This document shows positions 10,291-19,523 of a stretch of DNA of 64,000 nt, one piece after another. The first letter of the stretch is position 1, and every line of letters starts with the position of its first letter. The stretch comes from Ilumatobacteraceae bacterium (GTDB taxonomy: Bacteria > Actinomycetota > Acidimicrobiia > Acidimicrobiales > Ilumatobacteraceae): NCBI GenBank assembly GCA_021298435.1, contig JAJTFJ010000017.1, forward strand, positions 5,561 to 69,560, read 5' to 3'. The notes below the pieces were generated by a model, which saw only the letters and a list, made by a program, of their open reading frames with translations, did no database searches and was not told the origin of the DNA. The position numbers and the translations under genes were made by a program.

Positions 10291-10689
10291 ATGGCCAAGG
10301 CACAAGCAGGCGGTCGTCGTCCACGCAAGCGCGAGCGCAAGAACGTCACCTCTGGTGTGGTTCACATCAAGAGCTCGTTCAACAACACAATCGTTTCCAT
10401 CACCGATGCAGAAGGCAATGTCATTTCATGGGCATCTTCCGGCGGTGTCGGATTCAAGGGTTCACGCAAGTCAACTCCGTTCGCCGCACAGATGGCAGCA
10501 GAGAAGGCAGGCAAGGCAGCAATGGAGCATGGTCTTCGTCGCGCCGAAGTTCATGTGAAGGGACCAGGTTCTGGTCGCGACACCGCTCTTCGTTCAATTC
10601 AGAACTTGGGCATTGAAGTCTCAGGCATCAAGGACGTCACCCCCGTCCCACACAATGGTTGCCGTCAGCCAAAGCGTCGTAGGAGCTAA
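10291..10689 (+). CDS. rpsK: 30S ribosomal protein S11
   Basis: [46 protein letters not shown] is canonical S11. Confidence 0.97.
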   Translation: MAKAQAGGRRPRKRERKNVTSGVVHIKSSFNNTIVSITDAEGNVISWASSGGVGFKGSRKSTPFAAQMAAEKAGKAAMEHGLRRAEVHVKGPGSGRDTALRSIQNLGIEVSGIKDVTPVPHNGCRQPKRRRS

Positions 10690-10691
10690 TC

Positions 10692-11303
10692 ATGGCCCGT
10701 TATACAGGACCAAAGGTGCGCATCTCGCGTCGCCTGAACACCAACATTTTCGAGAACGAAAAGGGCTCAAAGGCTCTTGATCGTCGTCCTTTCCCACCAG
10801 GTGCACACGGCCGTACTCGTCGCCGTAACGCTGGTTCGGAATACCTCGCTCAGTTGCAAGAAAAGCAGAAGGCTAAGTACATCTACGGTGTGCTTGAGCG
10901 TCAGTTCCGCAACACGTACGAAGAGGCAAACCGTCTTGCAGGACCAACAGGTGAAAACCTTTTGCGTCTTCTTGAACTTCGTCTCGACAACATTGTGTTC
11001 CGTGCAGGTTGGGGTTCAACACGCCCTCAGGCACGTCAGTTCGTGAACCATGGCCTCATCCTTGTTGATGGCAAGCGCGTTGACATTGCGTCATTTCGCG
11101 TGAAGCGCGGTCATGTCATTTCTCTTTCGCCGAAGGCAAAAGAAATGATTCAGATTCAGCACAACATCGACACGCTTGATCGTGCACTTGTTGGTTGGCT
11201 CGAAGCTGGTGACAAGCAAGTCACCGTGCGCGACCTTCCACAGCGCGAGCACATCGACATCCCCGTCCGCGAGCAGCTCATCGTCGAGCTGTACTCGAAG
11301 TAA
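10692..11303 (+). CDS. rpsD: 30S ribosomal protein S4
   Basis: MARYTGPKVRISRRL...LELRLDNIVFRAGWGSTRPQARQFVNHGLILVDGKRV is canonical S4. Confidence 0.97.
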   Translation: MARYTGPKVRISRRLNTNIFENEKGSKALDRRPFPPGAHGRTRRRNAGSEYLAQLQEKQKAKYIYGVLERQFRNTYEEANRLAGPTGENLLRLLELRLDNIVFRAGWGSTRPQARQFVNHGLILVDGKRVDIASFRVKRGHVISLSPKAKEMIQIQHNIDTLDRALVGWLEAGDKQVTVRDLPQREHIDIPVREQLIVELYSK

Positions 11304-11330
11304 TCGAAAGCCTTTCCAGAGGAGAGCATC

Positions 11331-12263
11331 ATGCTTGTTATTCAGCGTCCTTCCGTCGAGGCAATCGGCGAAGATCATCCAACACGTCAGCGTTTTGCTG
11401 TCGGCCCACTCGAGCCAGGCTTCGGCCACACCATTGGTAACTCGTTGCGCCGTACATTGCTGTCGTCAATTCCTGGTGCAGCAATCACCACTGTCAAGTT
11501 TGACAATGTTGAGCACGAGTTCACCACCATCAAGGGCATGACAGAAGACGTCACCGAGTTCATCATGAACTTGAAGGACGTTGTTGTTGTGTCACAGAAC
11601 GATGAGCCAGTGGTTCTTCGTGTTGACATCTCCGGTCCTGCAACATTCACCGCTGGTGACATTCAGACAACTGCAGATGTGCAAATCCTCAACCCATCGC
11701 TGCACCTTGCAACGTTGAACGCAGGTGCACAACTTGGTCTCGATATCACCATCGAGCGTGGCCGTGGTTACCTCTCAACAGAGCGTGACGCAGAGAGCCG
11801 CATCATTGGTGTTATCCCCATCGATGCAATCTTCTCGCCAGTGCGCCGTGTCAACTTCGACGTTGAGCCAACACGTGTTGCACAGAGCACCAACTACGAC
11901 AAGCTAATTGTCGACATCGAAACCGATGGTTCCATCTCTCCACGTGAGTCGCTTGCATCAGCTGCAGCAACATTGCGTTCATTGGTTGACCTCATCGCAA
12001 CATTGTCGGAAGAGCCACAAGCACTTGAGTTGTCCGAGCCAATCGGCGCAAACGTTGGTGTTCCTGACCTCGACCTTCCTATCGAAGACCTCGACCTCAG
12101 CGAGCGCCCACGCAACTGCCTCAAGCGTGGTCAGATCAACACCATCGGCGAGTTGCTCCTCAAGAGCACCGACGACCTTCTCAACATCACAAACTTCGGC
12201 CAGAAGAGCCTCGACGAGATCATTCAGAAGCTCGACGAGCGCGGTCTCTCACTGCGCGCGTAA
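11331..12263 (+). CDS. rpoA: DNA-directed RNA polymerase subunit alpha
   Basis: GPLEPGFGHTIGNSLRRTLLSSIPGAAIT in the N-terminal domain and ERPRNCLKRGQINTIGELL in the C-terminal domain. Position after rpsD. Confidence 0.96.
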   Translation: MLVIQRPSVEAIGEDHPTRQRFAVGPLEPGFGHTIGNSLRRTLLSSIPGAAITTVKFDNVEHEFTTIKGMTEDVTEFIMNLKDVVVVSQNDEPVVLRVDISGPATFTAGDIQTTADVQILNPSLHLATLNAGAQLGLDITIERGRGYLSTERDAESRIIGVIPIDAIFSPVRRVNFDVEPTRVAQSTNYDKLIVDIETDGSISPRESLASAAATLRSLVDLIATLSEEPQALELSEPIGANVGVPDLDLPIEDLDLSERPRNCLKRGQINTIGELLLKSTDDLLNITNFGQKSLDEIIQKLDERGLSLRA

Positions 12264-12287
12264 GTCCGGAATCTAAGGAGCAACACA

Positions 12288-12656
12288 ATGCCAACACCAC
12301 GTCGCGCCCCCCGCTTTGGCGGAAGTGCAGCGCACCAGCGCCTGCTCATGGCAAACATGGCAGCTTCACTGTTCGCAGCTGAAGGCATCACCACCACAGA
12401 AGCAAAGGCAAAGGCACTTCGCCCTATCGCCGAGAAGCTGATCACGAAGGCAAAGAAGGCTCAAGAAGAAGGCCCATTGCGCGTTCACCGCATTCGTCAG
12501 ATCCAGGGTTACCTCGGTGACAAGGAAATGACAGCCAAGTTGGTCAACGAAGTGGCACCAAAGTACGCGGCTCGCAATGGCGGTTACACCCGCATCTTGA
12601 AGCTCGGAACCCGCCAGGGTGACGCTGCGCCAATGGCGCGCATCGAACTGGTCTGA
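12288..12656 (+). CDS. rplQ: 50S ribosomal protein L17
   Basis: RFGGSAAHQRLLMANMAASLFAAEGITTTEAKAKALRPIAEKLITKAK...GGYTRILKLGTRQGDAAPMARIELV is canonical L17. Confidence 0.96.
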   Translation: MPTPRRAPRFGGSAAHQRLLMANMAASLFAAEGITTTEAKAKALRPIAEKLITKAKKAQEEGPLRVHRIRQIQGYLGDKEMTAKLVNEVAPKYAARNGGYTRILKLGTRQGDAAPMARIELV

Positions 12657-12669
12657 GTTCAACCCGGTC

Positions 12670-13479
12670 ATGGAACCGGTCATTAACGAAACGCACGAGC
12701 CCGCCATTAGGCGGGCTCGTTTGCGTGTGGCCTACCACGGAGCTTTCTTTCATGGCTTTGCGACGAATGGTGAATCAGAAGCAGTGGAAGATGTTCTTAT
12801 TCACGCAATGAAAACAGTGTTGCGTGCACCTGTTGTTCTCAGCACTGCAGGTCGTACCGATGCAGGTGTTCACTCGCGCGGACAAATTGTGTCTCTTGAT
12901 TTACCAGTAGACACTCATCTACCTTCGTTCATGCGAAGCATCAATTCGCTATGTAAACCGCACATATCTGTGAGTGATGTGGAATGGGCACAGGACGACT
13001 TTGATGCGCGCTACAGCGCAACGTGGCGTCGTTACAGGTACTTCGTGTATAACGCTGATGCACCAGATCCGTTGTTGCTCGATCGCGCATGGCATGTGTA
13101 TCGACCTCTGTCATTGCCGCTGATGAATCTGGCTGCTGATGCACTGATCGGACATCTCGATTTCGGAGCCTTCTGTAAGCGGGCCCCGATCCCGGGCACC
13201 GATGAACCAAAGTCGATGATGCGATATGTGCTCGATGCCAAGTGGGTCGACGAAGGGGAGGGGCATCTGTATTTCGAGATTCGAGCCAATGCCTTTTGCC
13301 ACCAGATGGTGCGGGGCATTGTGGGGTTTCTCGTGGATGTGGGACTGGGCAAGCGGCCTGCCAGTGATACCCGAGCTGTCATGGTGGCGAGGGACCGTGC
13401 TCACGGCTCCGTCGTGGCTCCTCCTCACGGTTTAGTGCTGTGGGATGTGGGGTACGAAGGCACCCGCCTGCACCCGTAA
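12670..13479 (+). CDS. truA: tRNA pseudouridine(38-40) synthase TruA
   Basis: RLRVAYHGAFFHGFA...TAGRTDAGVHSRGQIVSLD (catalytic Asp motif RTDxGVH). First non-overlapping ATG is at 12670. An in-frame TTG at 12721, just after the hairpin, gives the canonical MRVAYHG N-terminus and may be the real start. Confidence 0.88.
   Translation: MEPVINETHEPAIRRARLRVAYHGAFFHGFATNGESEAVEDVLIHAMKTVLRAPVVLSTAGRTDAGVHSRGQIVSLDLPVDTHLPSFMRSINSLCKPHISVSDVEWAQDDFDARYSATWRRYRYFVYNADAPDPLLLDRAWHVYRPLSLPLMNLAADALIGHLDFGAFCKRAPIPGTDEPKSMMRYVLDAKWVDEGEGHLYFEIRANAFCHQMVRGIVGFLVDVGLGKRPASDTRAVMVARDRAHGSVVAPPHGLVLWDVGYEGTRLHP
12695..12724 (+). terminator. Putative intrinsic terminator of the alpha operon
   Basis: Perfect 11-bp stem ACGAGCCCGCC / GGCGGGCTCGT with loop ATTA, followed by TTTG. 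Lies 39 nt after the rplQ stop and inside the longest truA ORF. The U-tract is short. Confidence 0.5.
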
Positions 13480-13497
13480 ATCGGGGGGCCTTGGCGG

Positions 13498-13905
13498 TTG
13501 CTGTCGGTTGTCGACGCTGAAGGCCTCGTACTCGGTCGTGTCTGCACAGAAGTTGCACGTATCTTGCGCGGCAAGCACAAGCCAGTGTTCGCTCCTCACA
13601 TGGACATGGGTGACCATGTCATCATCATTAATGCATCAAAGATTGTGATGACCTCTGGCAAGTCAGAAAAGAACATGGTGTACACCTACTCCGGTTACCC
13701 CGGTGGTCTCAAGAGCGAGACATACCAGAACCTTCTTGATCGCAAGCCAGCTGATGCAATCACTCGCTCCGTTGCAGGCATGTTGCCAAAGGGACCACTT
13801 GGTCGCCAGATGGTGAAGAAGCTCAAGGTGTACCCAGGTGCAGAGCATCCTCATGCTGCACAGTCCCCAGTCGTTCTCGATCTCAGCGCCGCGAAGGCTC
13901 GCTGA
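13498..13905 (+). CDS. rplM: 50S ribosomal protein L13, N-terminally short
   Basis: VVDAEGLVLGRVCTEVARILRGKHKPVFAPHMDMGDHVIIINA is canonical L13. TTG start. The usual roughly 13 N-terminal residues are absent, and the truA stop lies in the same frame only 6 codons upstream. Confidence 0.85.
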   Translation: MLSVVDAEGLVLGRVCTEVARILRGKHKPVFAPHMDMGDHVIIINASKIVMTSGKSEKNMVYTYSGYPGGLKSETYQNLLDRKPADAITRSVAGMLPKGPLGRQMVKKLKVYPGAEHPHAAQSPVVLDLSAAKAR

Positions 13906-13922
13906 TCTACTTAGGAGTTATC

Positions 13923-14318
13923 GTGGCTAACACACCTCTCACACAAACAACAGGTCGCCGTAAAGAAGCAGTCGCACGCGCCGTTGTTCGTCATGGCAGC
14001 GGCAAGATTGTCGTGAACGGAAAGCCCATCGAGGCGTACTTCACAACAGCAACGCAGCGCATGGTTGTCACCGAAGCATTGCGCGTTGTTGAGCGCGAAG
14101 AATCTTTCGACGTCAACGCAAACATCTTTGGTGGCGGTGTCAACGGTCAAGCCGGTGCATTGCGCATGGCGATCGCACGCTCACTCATTGAGATTGATCC
14201 TGAGACACGTCCTGCTTTGAAGAAGGCTGGCCTTCTTACTCGCGACTCACGTCGTAAGGAAAGCAAGAAGTACGGTCTCAAGAAGGCCCGTAAGGCTCCT
14301 CAGTTCACCAAGCGCTGA
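13923..14318 (+). CDS. rpsI: 30S ribosomal protein S9
   Basis: GTG start. TTGRRKEAVARAVVRHGSGKIVVNGKPIEAYF...SRRKESKKYGLKKARKAPQFTKR is canonical S9. Confidence 0.96.
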   Translation: MANTPLTQTTGRRKEAVARAVVRHGSGKIVVNGKPIEAYFTTATQRMVVTEALRVVEREESFDVNANIFGGGVNGQAGALRMAIARSLIEIDPETRPALKKAGLLTRDSRRKESKKYGLKKARKAPQFTKR

Positions 14319-14329
14319 TCATCTGGCGC

Positions 14330-14351
14330 GTCGTGCGTTGCACGGCTTTTT
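14330..14351 (+). terminator. Putative intrinsic terminator after rpsI
   Basis: GTCGTGC-GTT-GCACGGC hairpin (7 bp including one G-U pair) followed directly by TTTTT. Confidence 0.5.
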
Positions 14352-14365
14352 AGGGAACACACACA

Positions 14366-15697
14366 ATGCTTCACTTCGGTACCGATGGTGTCCGTGGCGT
14401 CGCGATCGACGAGCTCACTCCTGCTCTTGCTCGTGACCTTGCACGCGCAGTCGCACGCGTTCTTCAACCAACTGCTGTTGTGGTGGGAAGAGATACGCGT
14501 GAGAGCGGTCCTGCATTAGAGCAAGCAATCATTGACGGATGTGCTGCTGAAGGTGTCACGGTGCACCAGATGGGTGTAGCGCCTACACCGGCAATTGCAT
14601 TCGCTGCAGAGCATCATCAGTGGGTCGCAATTGCAATCACTGCATCGCATAACCCATGGACTGACAACGGCATCAAAGTGTTTGCTGCCGGTGGATCAAA
14701 ACTTTCTGACAACGAACAAATTGATATCGAACGACAGTGGCACGCGCTTGTTGCCGAACCAGCCCCTGTTGCGCTGGGCACTGTGCACGATGCTTCGCAC
14801 ATTGTTGATGAATACGTACAACATCGTTTGAACACAGTTGGCGGCGCATTTGCTGGCATACGAATTGTTCTTGATTGTGCCAATGGTGCAATGAGTTCTG
14901 CAGCACCCGCGTTGTTTACCTCCACGGATGCCGATGTTGTGGTGATGAATGCAGAGCCGAATGGCCGCAACATCAACGACAAGTGCGGAGCAACATCGAC
15001 TGCTGGGTTAGTTGCTCGCGTGATTGCTGAAGGTGCAGACCTCGGAATTGCTTTTGATGGCGATGGCGATCGTTTGATGGCAGTCACCGGAAGCGGTGTT
15101 GTTGTCGACGGCGACTACATCATGGCGATTGCAGCAGCTGATCTTGCTCAGCGAGGTTTGTTGCGCAACAAAGGTGTTGCTGTCACAGTGATGACGAATC
15201 TTGGGTTCCACCGTGCGATGTCTGAACTTGGTGTGGATGTTGTTGTGACACCAGTTGGTGACCGCAGCGTTCTTGCCGCTCTTGAGGAATCCGACTTTGT
15301 TCTGGGCGGTGAACAGAGCGGTCACATCATTCATCGCGCTCTCGCCACAACGGGTGATGGCTTGCTTGCCGCACTCGTGCTCATTGAGTCTCTCACTCGC
15401 ACAACTGTGTCATTAGATCAAGCAATCACAGTGATGCAGTCGTATCCGCAAATGCTGATCAACGTGCGCACAACAGAGCGTGTCCTTGATCCTGTCAGCG
15501 ACATTGCAGATGCAATTCATGCAATCGAAGAATCTCTAGGGTCTGATGGCCGAGTTCTCGTTCGTGCATCCGGCACAGAGCCATTGGTGCGTGTGATGGT
15601 GGAAGCTCAAACTGAATCGTTGGCACTATCGAGTGCTTTGACCCTCGCAAACGCTGTAATTGCACAACATGGTGGCGCCGTGGAGGGCGCTCACTGA
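14366..15697 (+). CDS. glmM: Phosphoglucosamine mutase
   Basis: GTDGVRG, active-site ITASHNPWTDNGIKVF, FDGDGDR and GGEQSGH motifs. Position after rpsI as in Actinomycetota. Confidence 0.95.
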   Translation: MLHFGTDGVRGVAIDELTPALARDLARAVARVLQPTAVVVGRDTRESGPALEQAIIDGCAAEGVTVHQMGVAPTPAIAFAAEHHQWVAIAITASHNPWTDNGIKVFAAGGSKLSDNEQIDIERQWHALVAEPAPVALGTVHDASHIVDEYVQHRLNTVGGAFAGIRIVLDCANGAMSSAAPALFTSTDADVVVMNAEPNGRNINDKCGATSTAGLVARVIAEGADLGIAFDGDGDRLMAVTGSGVVVDGDYIMAIAAADLAQRGLLRNKGVAVTVMTNLGFHRAMSELGVDVVVTPVGDRSVLAALEESDFVLGGEQSGHIIHRALATTGDGLLAALVLIESLTRTTVSLDQAITVMQSYPQMLINVRTTERVLDPVSDIADAIHAIEESLGSDGRVLVRASGTEPLVRVMVEAQTESLALSSALTLANAVIAQHGGAVEGAH

Positions 15698-15728
15698 GCA
15701 CCCCTTGGGTTCTCAGTAAACTGCTCTG

Positions 15729-18700
15729 ATGTGCGGCATTATCGGAATCCTTCCCCGACCATGCACGCGAACTGCGCCTGCGCCCTCTGAAGTCCTTGTT
15801 CTTCTTGATTCCGCTCTTGCGGCCGGGACCGACATGGCGGCTGTCGCCGATGCCTTGATGGCGGCGGATCAATTGCTGCGCGGTGATGCCGGAATGCAAA
15901 CCCTCGCCGGCAACGTGTCTCTGATTCGTGAGATTTTGTCTCGTCTCGATGTCCTCGATGCCATGGCCGACAACGAAGAAGCACGGATTGATGCACTGCA
16001 TGTCGACACGGTCACCTTGGATGCTGAAGCACTCCGCTTGTCACGTGTTCGAGATGCCTCCTGGGCAATCCGTCGTGATCGCCTCCGCACAGCAGATGCA
16101 GTGCATGCACTCGCCGGAGACGCAGCGTCAGTTTCCTCGCTTGCCGGATACTTGAGCATCCAACAATCTCTGTCGGCAATTGACCGCATGGAAGTGCGTG
16201 GTCGAGATTCGGCTGGCATCAGTGTGATTGTGTCATCACCGGTCTTCAAGAATCTGCCTGCAGAGATGGCTGATGCACTTGCGCAACGAACAAGTGATCC
16301 GTTGTTTACGAACAAGAGCGTTCGTCATTCCGGAAGCACTCTTGTTTTCGTGTACAAAGCCGCTGCAGAAATTGGTGAACTGGGAGACAACACTCGCCAC
16401 ATGCGTGAGGCTCTTGCATCTGATGACCTCCTTCGTCAAGCGCTTGCTGTGGAAGGGTCGCGGACATCGGTGTTGGGTCACACTCGCTGGGCAAGTGTGG
16501 GAATCATCTCGGAACCAAATGCTCACCCAGTAAACGGTGAAGAGATAACAGGTGACAACACAGCTGTATCTGTTGCTGTATTGAATGGCGACGTTGATAA
16601 CCACGCTGAGTTAAAGACGCGTCACAACCTGCGCTTTGCAGATCCGATCACCACTGACGCAAAGGTCATTCCCGCCCTTGTTGATCGAGGCCGCGCAAAT
16701 GGCATGTCAACGCTTGACGCGTTTCTCAATGCAGTCACTCAGTTCGAGGGTTCTGTTGCGATTGGGTACAGCAATGCAGATGAACCCGATGATTTCTACT
16801 TGGCATTGCACGGCAGTGGCCAGGGGCTCTATGTCGGTCTCGCAGAAGATCGATTCATTGTGGCCAGCGAGCCATACGGCACCGTTGAAGAAACGTTGCA
16901 GTACGTGCGTCTCGACGGCGAAACACCCATTCATGCTGATCAGCCGTCATCTCGCGGACAAGTCATGCGCCTGTCGGCATCGGGTGCGGGCAGTCTCGCC
17001 GGCGTTTCCATGTACGCCTATGACGGCACTGAAATTTCTTTGACGGACAAGACTGTCCAGACTGCAGAAGTCACGACGCGCGACATCGACCGTGGAGACT
17101 CTCCGCATTTCCTTCTGAAGGAAATTGGAGAGGCACCGCGAAGCTTCCGAAAGACAATTCGTGGCCGTACATCTCTGCTCAATGGCAAGTTGGTCCCTGA
17201 CCTTGATGAGTTCACTTTGCCTGCCTCCATCATTGAACGATTGTCGAATCGCAGCATCACGCGTATTCGAGTGATCGGTCAAGGCACTGCAGCAGTTGCC
17301 GGCACTTCTTTAGTGCCTGTTCTCAACTCGCTGCTTGATTCCTCAGTACATGTTGAGGCATTAACCGCAACCGAACTTTCTGGCTTTGGCATGCATCAAG
17401 ACATGTCCGACATGTTGGTCATTGCAGTGAGCCAAAGCGGTACGACCACTGATACAAATCGCACGGTTGATCTTGTTGCATCACGCGGTGCTGCAGTACT
17501 CGCGATTGTGAACCGCCGCGGCAGTGAACTCGCGAGCAAAGCGCACGGTGTGTACTACACCAGCGATGGTCGCGACGTTGAGATGAGTGTTGCGAGTACG
17601 AAGGCGTTCTATGCACAGGTGGCAGCTGGTGCAGTTCTGTCGTGTGCCATTGCTCGTGCAACGGGTCTTGCCGACAACGATCGTATGCACCGCATCCTTG
17701 ACTCTCTAGTGCAGATGCCAGCTTCGATGGAAGCAGTGATTGCTAAGCGTGCAGAGATTGGTGTTGTGGCACGCGCATTTGCTCCATCGCGTCGCTATTG
17801 GGCTGTTGTTGGCAGTGGACCAAACACCGTTGCTGCCCATGAAGTACGAATCAAGTTGTCCGAGCTGTGTTACAAGTCAATCTCGTGTGATGTCACCGAA
17901 GATAAGAAGCACATAGACCTTTCTTGTGAGCCAATGATTCTTGTGTGTGCTGCTGGTCTTTCAGAGGGAACTGCCACTGACGTTGCCAAAGAAGTTGCCA
18001 TCTTTAAAGCGCACAAAGCAGAACCGATTGTGATTGCAACAGAGGGCGAGACTCGTTTTGATGCCGCTTCTGCAGTGATCACTGTTCCTGTCTCTGACCC
18101 AGCGATTGCCTTTGTTCTTTCCTCAATGGTGGGTCACCTATTCGGGTACGAAGCTGCATTGGCGATTGATGAATTGGCACGCCCATTACGTGCGCTTCGT
18201 GAAGTGATTGACCATGTTGTGGAACGTGGCGGCGACGGAGACGATGCATTGCTGCGTGTCGAGCGTGAAATAGTTGAAACTGCACGTAGTTTCTTTGCCG
18301 CTCTTCAGACGGGTCAGTACAACGGAAATCTTGAGGCATCAACAGCTGTTGCAGTGGTGTCGTTACTGCGTGTCATCACGGGGCCACAGCCGTTGCAGGC
18401 ATATCAACGCGAAACCGGGAAAGCAGCTTCTCCTGCAACATTGCTCGAAGATCTGATTAATGCCCTCACGCATGCAATTGATGAATTGACTCGGCCAATT
18501 GATGCAATCAAGCATCAAGCCAAGACTGTCACCGTAGGTATTTCACGAAGCGAGGAAGGCCTTCTTGACCGCACGCTTGTTCGGGCAGTTCTCGATGCAG
18601 GTTCTGCACGCGAACATGTTCCGTACGAAATTCTCAAAGTTCTTGCATCACTTGATGCCGCAGTGGAATCTGTCACCGGGTTTACTCGTTATGCAGTGAT

Positions 18701-19127
18701 TGGTGATCCGCAATCATCATCATCCACTATCGAGATTCTTGATCGTGGTGGTCTTGCTCTCACGTTGTCATCTCGCGTGGAGACAAACCCAACATTGGTC
18801 GGAACAAAGCGTCGTGTTGCCGCTGAACAAGAACTTCTTGTTGCCCGTGGCCGCAAAGATTCTCGTACTGTCATTTTTGTCCCCGAGGTGCATGGCGCAG
18901 TCACAGTAGGTATCACTTTGTTGCACGTGCAGTTCCGTTCACAGATGTCACCGTCGGCAGTGCGCCAGGTGCTGCAGGGCTACGACCGCAGGTATGACCG
19001 TCTTGTTGACTGGGTCACTGAGACAGAGGGTTCCTTCCGAGAAGAACGCCTTGGAGAAGTCTCGATTGAAGACTTGTTGATTCTTCCTGTTTCTGAGAGC
19101 GCCAACCTGTGGCGCACCGAGGCGTAG
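15729..19127 (+). CDS. glmS: Atypical 1132-aa GlmS-like glutamine amidotransferase with two SIS domains, an N-terminal insertion and a C-terminal extension
   Basis: Begins MCGIIG (Cys2 Ntn nucleophile). GATase motifs RGRDSAGIS, GHTRWASVG and NGDVDNH. SIS motifs VSQSGTTTDT and ASTKAF plus a second SIS. Nearly twice the normal GlmS length. Occupies the glmS synteny slot. Confidence 0.8.
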   Translation: MCGIIGILPRPCTRTAPAPSEVLVLLDSALAAGTDMAAVADALMAADQLLRGDAGMQTLAGNVSLIREILSRLDVLDAMADNEEARIDALHVDTVTLDAEALRLSRVRDASWAIRRDRLRTADAVHALAGDAASVSSLAGYLSIQQSLSAIDRMEVRGRDSAGISVIVSSPVFKNLPAEMADALAQRTSDPLFTNKSVRHSGSTLVFVYKAAAEIGELGDNTRHMREALASDDLLRQALAVEGSRTSVLGHTRWASVGIISEPNAHPVNGEEITGDNTAVSVAVLNGDVDNHAELKTRHNLRFADPITTDAKVIPALVDRGRANGMSTLDAFLNAVTQFEGSVAIGYSNADEPDDFYLALHGSGQGLYVGLAEDRFIVASEPYGTVEETLQYVRLDGETPIHADQPSSRGQVMRLSASGAGSLAGVSMYAYDGTEISLTDKTVQTAEVTTRDIDRGDSPHFLLKEIGEAPRSFRKTIRGRTSLLNGKLVPDLDEFTLPASIIERLSNRSITRIRVIGQGTAAVAGTSLVPVLNSLLDSSVHVEALTATELSGFGMHQDMSDMLVIAVSQSGTTTDTNRTVDLVASRGAAVLAIVNRRGSELASKAHGVYYTSDGRDVEMSVASTKAFYAQVAAGAVLSCAIARATGLADNDRMHRILDSLVQMPASMEAVIAKRAEIGVVARAFAPSRRYWAVVGSGPNTVAAHEVRIKLSELCYKSISCDVTEDKKHIDLSCEPMILVCAAGLSEGTATDVAKEVAIFKAHKAEPIVIATEGETRFDAASAVITVPVSDPAIAFVLSSMVGHLFGYEAALAIDELARPLRALREVIDHVVERGGDGDDALLRVEREIVETARSFFAALQTGQYNGNLEASTAVAVVSLLRVITGPQPLQAYQRETGKAASPATLLEDLINALTHAIDELTRPIDAIKHQAKTVTVGISRSEEGLLDRTLVRAVLDAGSAREHVPYEILKVLASLDAAVESVTGFTRYAVIGDPQSSSSTIEILDRGGLALTLSSRVETNPTLVGTKRRVAAEQELLVARGRKDSRTVIFVPEVHGAVTVGITLLHVQFRSQMSPSAVRQVLQGYDRRYDRLVDWVTETEGSFREERLGEVSIEDLLILPVSESANLWRTEA

Positions 19128-19132
19128 ACGCA

Positions 19133-19498
19133 ATGCGTGGAATCGGAATTGATGCAGTCGACATTGCACGATTCCGTGATCTCTTGTCGCGTCGTCCCAA
19201 CTTGCGCACTCGTCTCTTCACTGCTGAAGAACTCGCTTCATTGGCAGAGCGTTCAGATGACGCACCGTCTCTCGCTGCACGGTTTGCTGTGAGAGAAGCA
19301 ACCATGAAGGCATTGGGTGTGGGCCTCGGAGCTTTTGACTTCCATGATGTATCGGTCGAGAAGTTGCCGTCAGGTGCCCCGGGGCTACAAGTCACCGGCA
19401 GAGCCGAACAGTTGGCTATTTCTCAAGGTGTGGGCGGTTGGCACGTCTCCATCACCCATACCGACACAGTCGCGATGGCTGTCGTCGCCGCCCTCTAG
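19133..19498 (+). CDS. acpS: Holo-[acyl-carrier-protein] synthase
   Basis: MRGIGIDAVDIARF...ARFAVREATMKALG is canonical AcpS. ATG at 19133 lies just after the glmS-like stop; the ORF-track start at 19109 overlaps it. Confidence 0.9.
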   Translation: MRGIGIDAVDIARFRDLLSRRPNLRTRLFTAEELASLAERSDDAPSLAARFAVREATMKALGVGLGAFDFHDVSVEKLPSGAPGLQVTGRAEQLAISQGVGGWHVSITHTDTVAMAVVAAL

Positions 19499-19523
19499 GC
19501 CATTTCCCTCATACGCTGACAGG

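Noticed and set aside
12619-12669. Upstream-extended starts offered by the ORF track (truA 12619, rplF 5101, acpS 19109, nnr 19317, pcrA 45803, flavodoxin 48151, hppA 60571, sdhC 60599, mdh 55939, yaaA 44492)
   Set aside because: Each extension overlaps the preceding gene or adds residues absent from the canonical N-terminus. Internal starts with better RBS and homology were chosen.
15698-15728. Possible glmS ribozyme upstream of the GlmS-like gene
   Set aside because: Only 31 nt separate glmM from the ATG, far too short for the ribozyme. No conserved core was seen.
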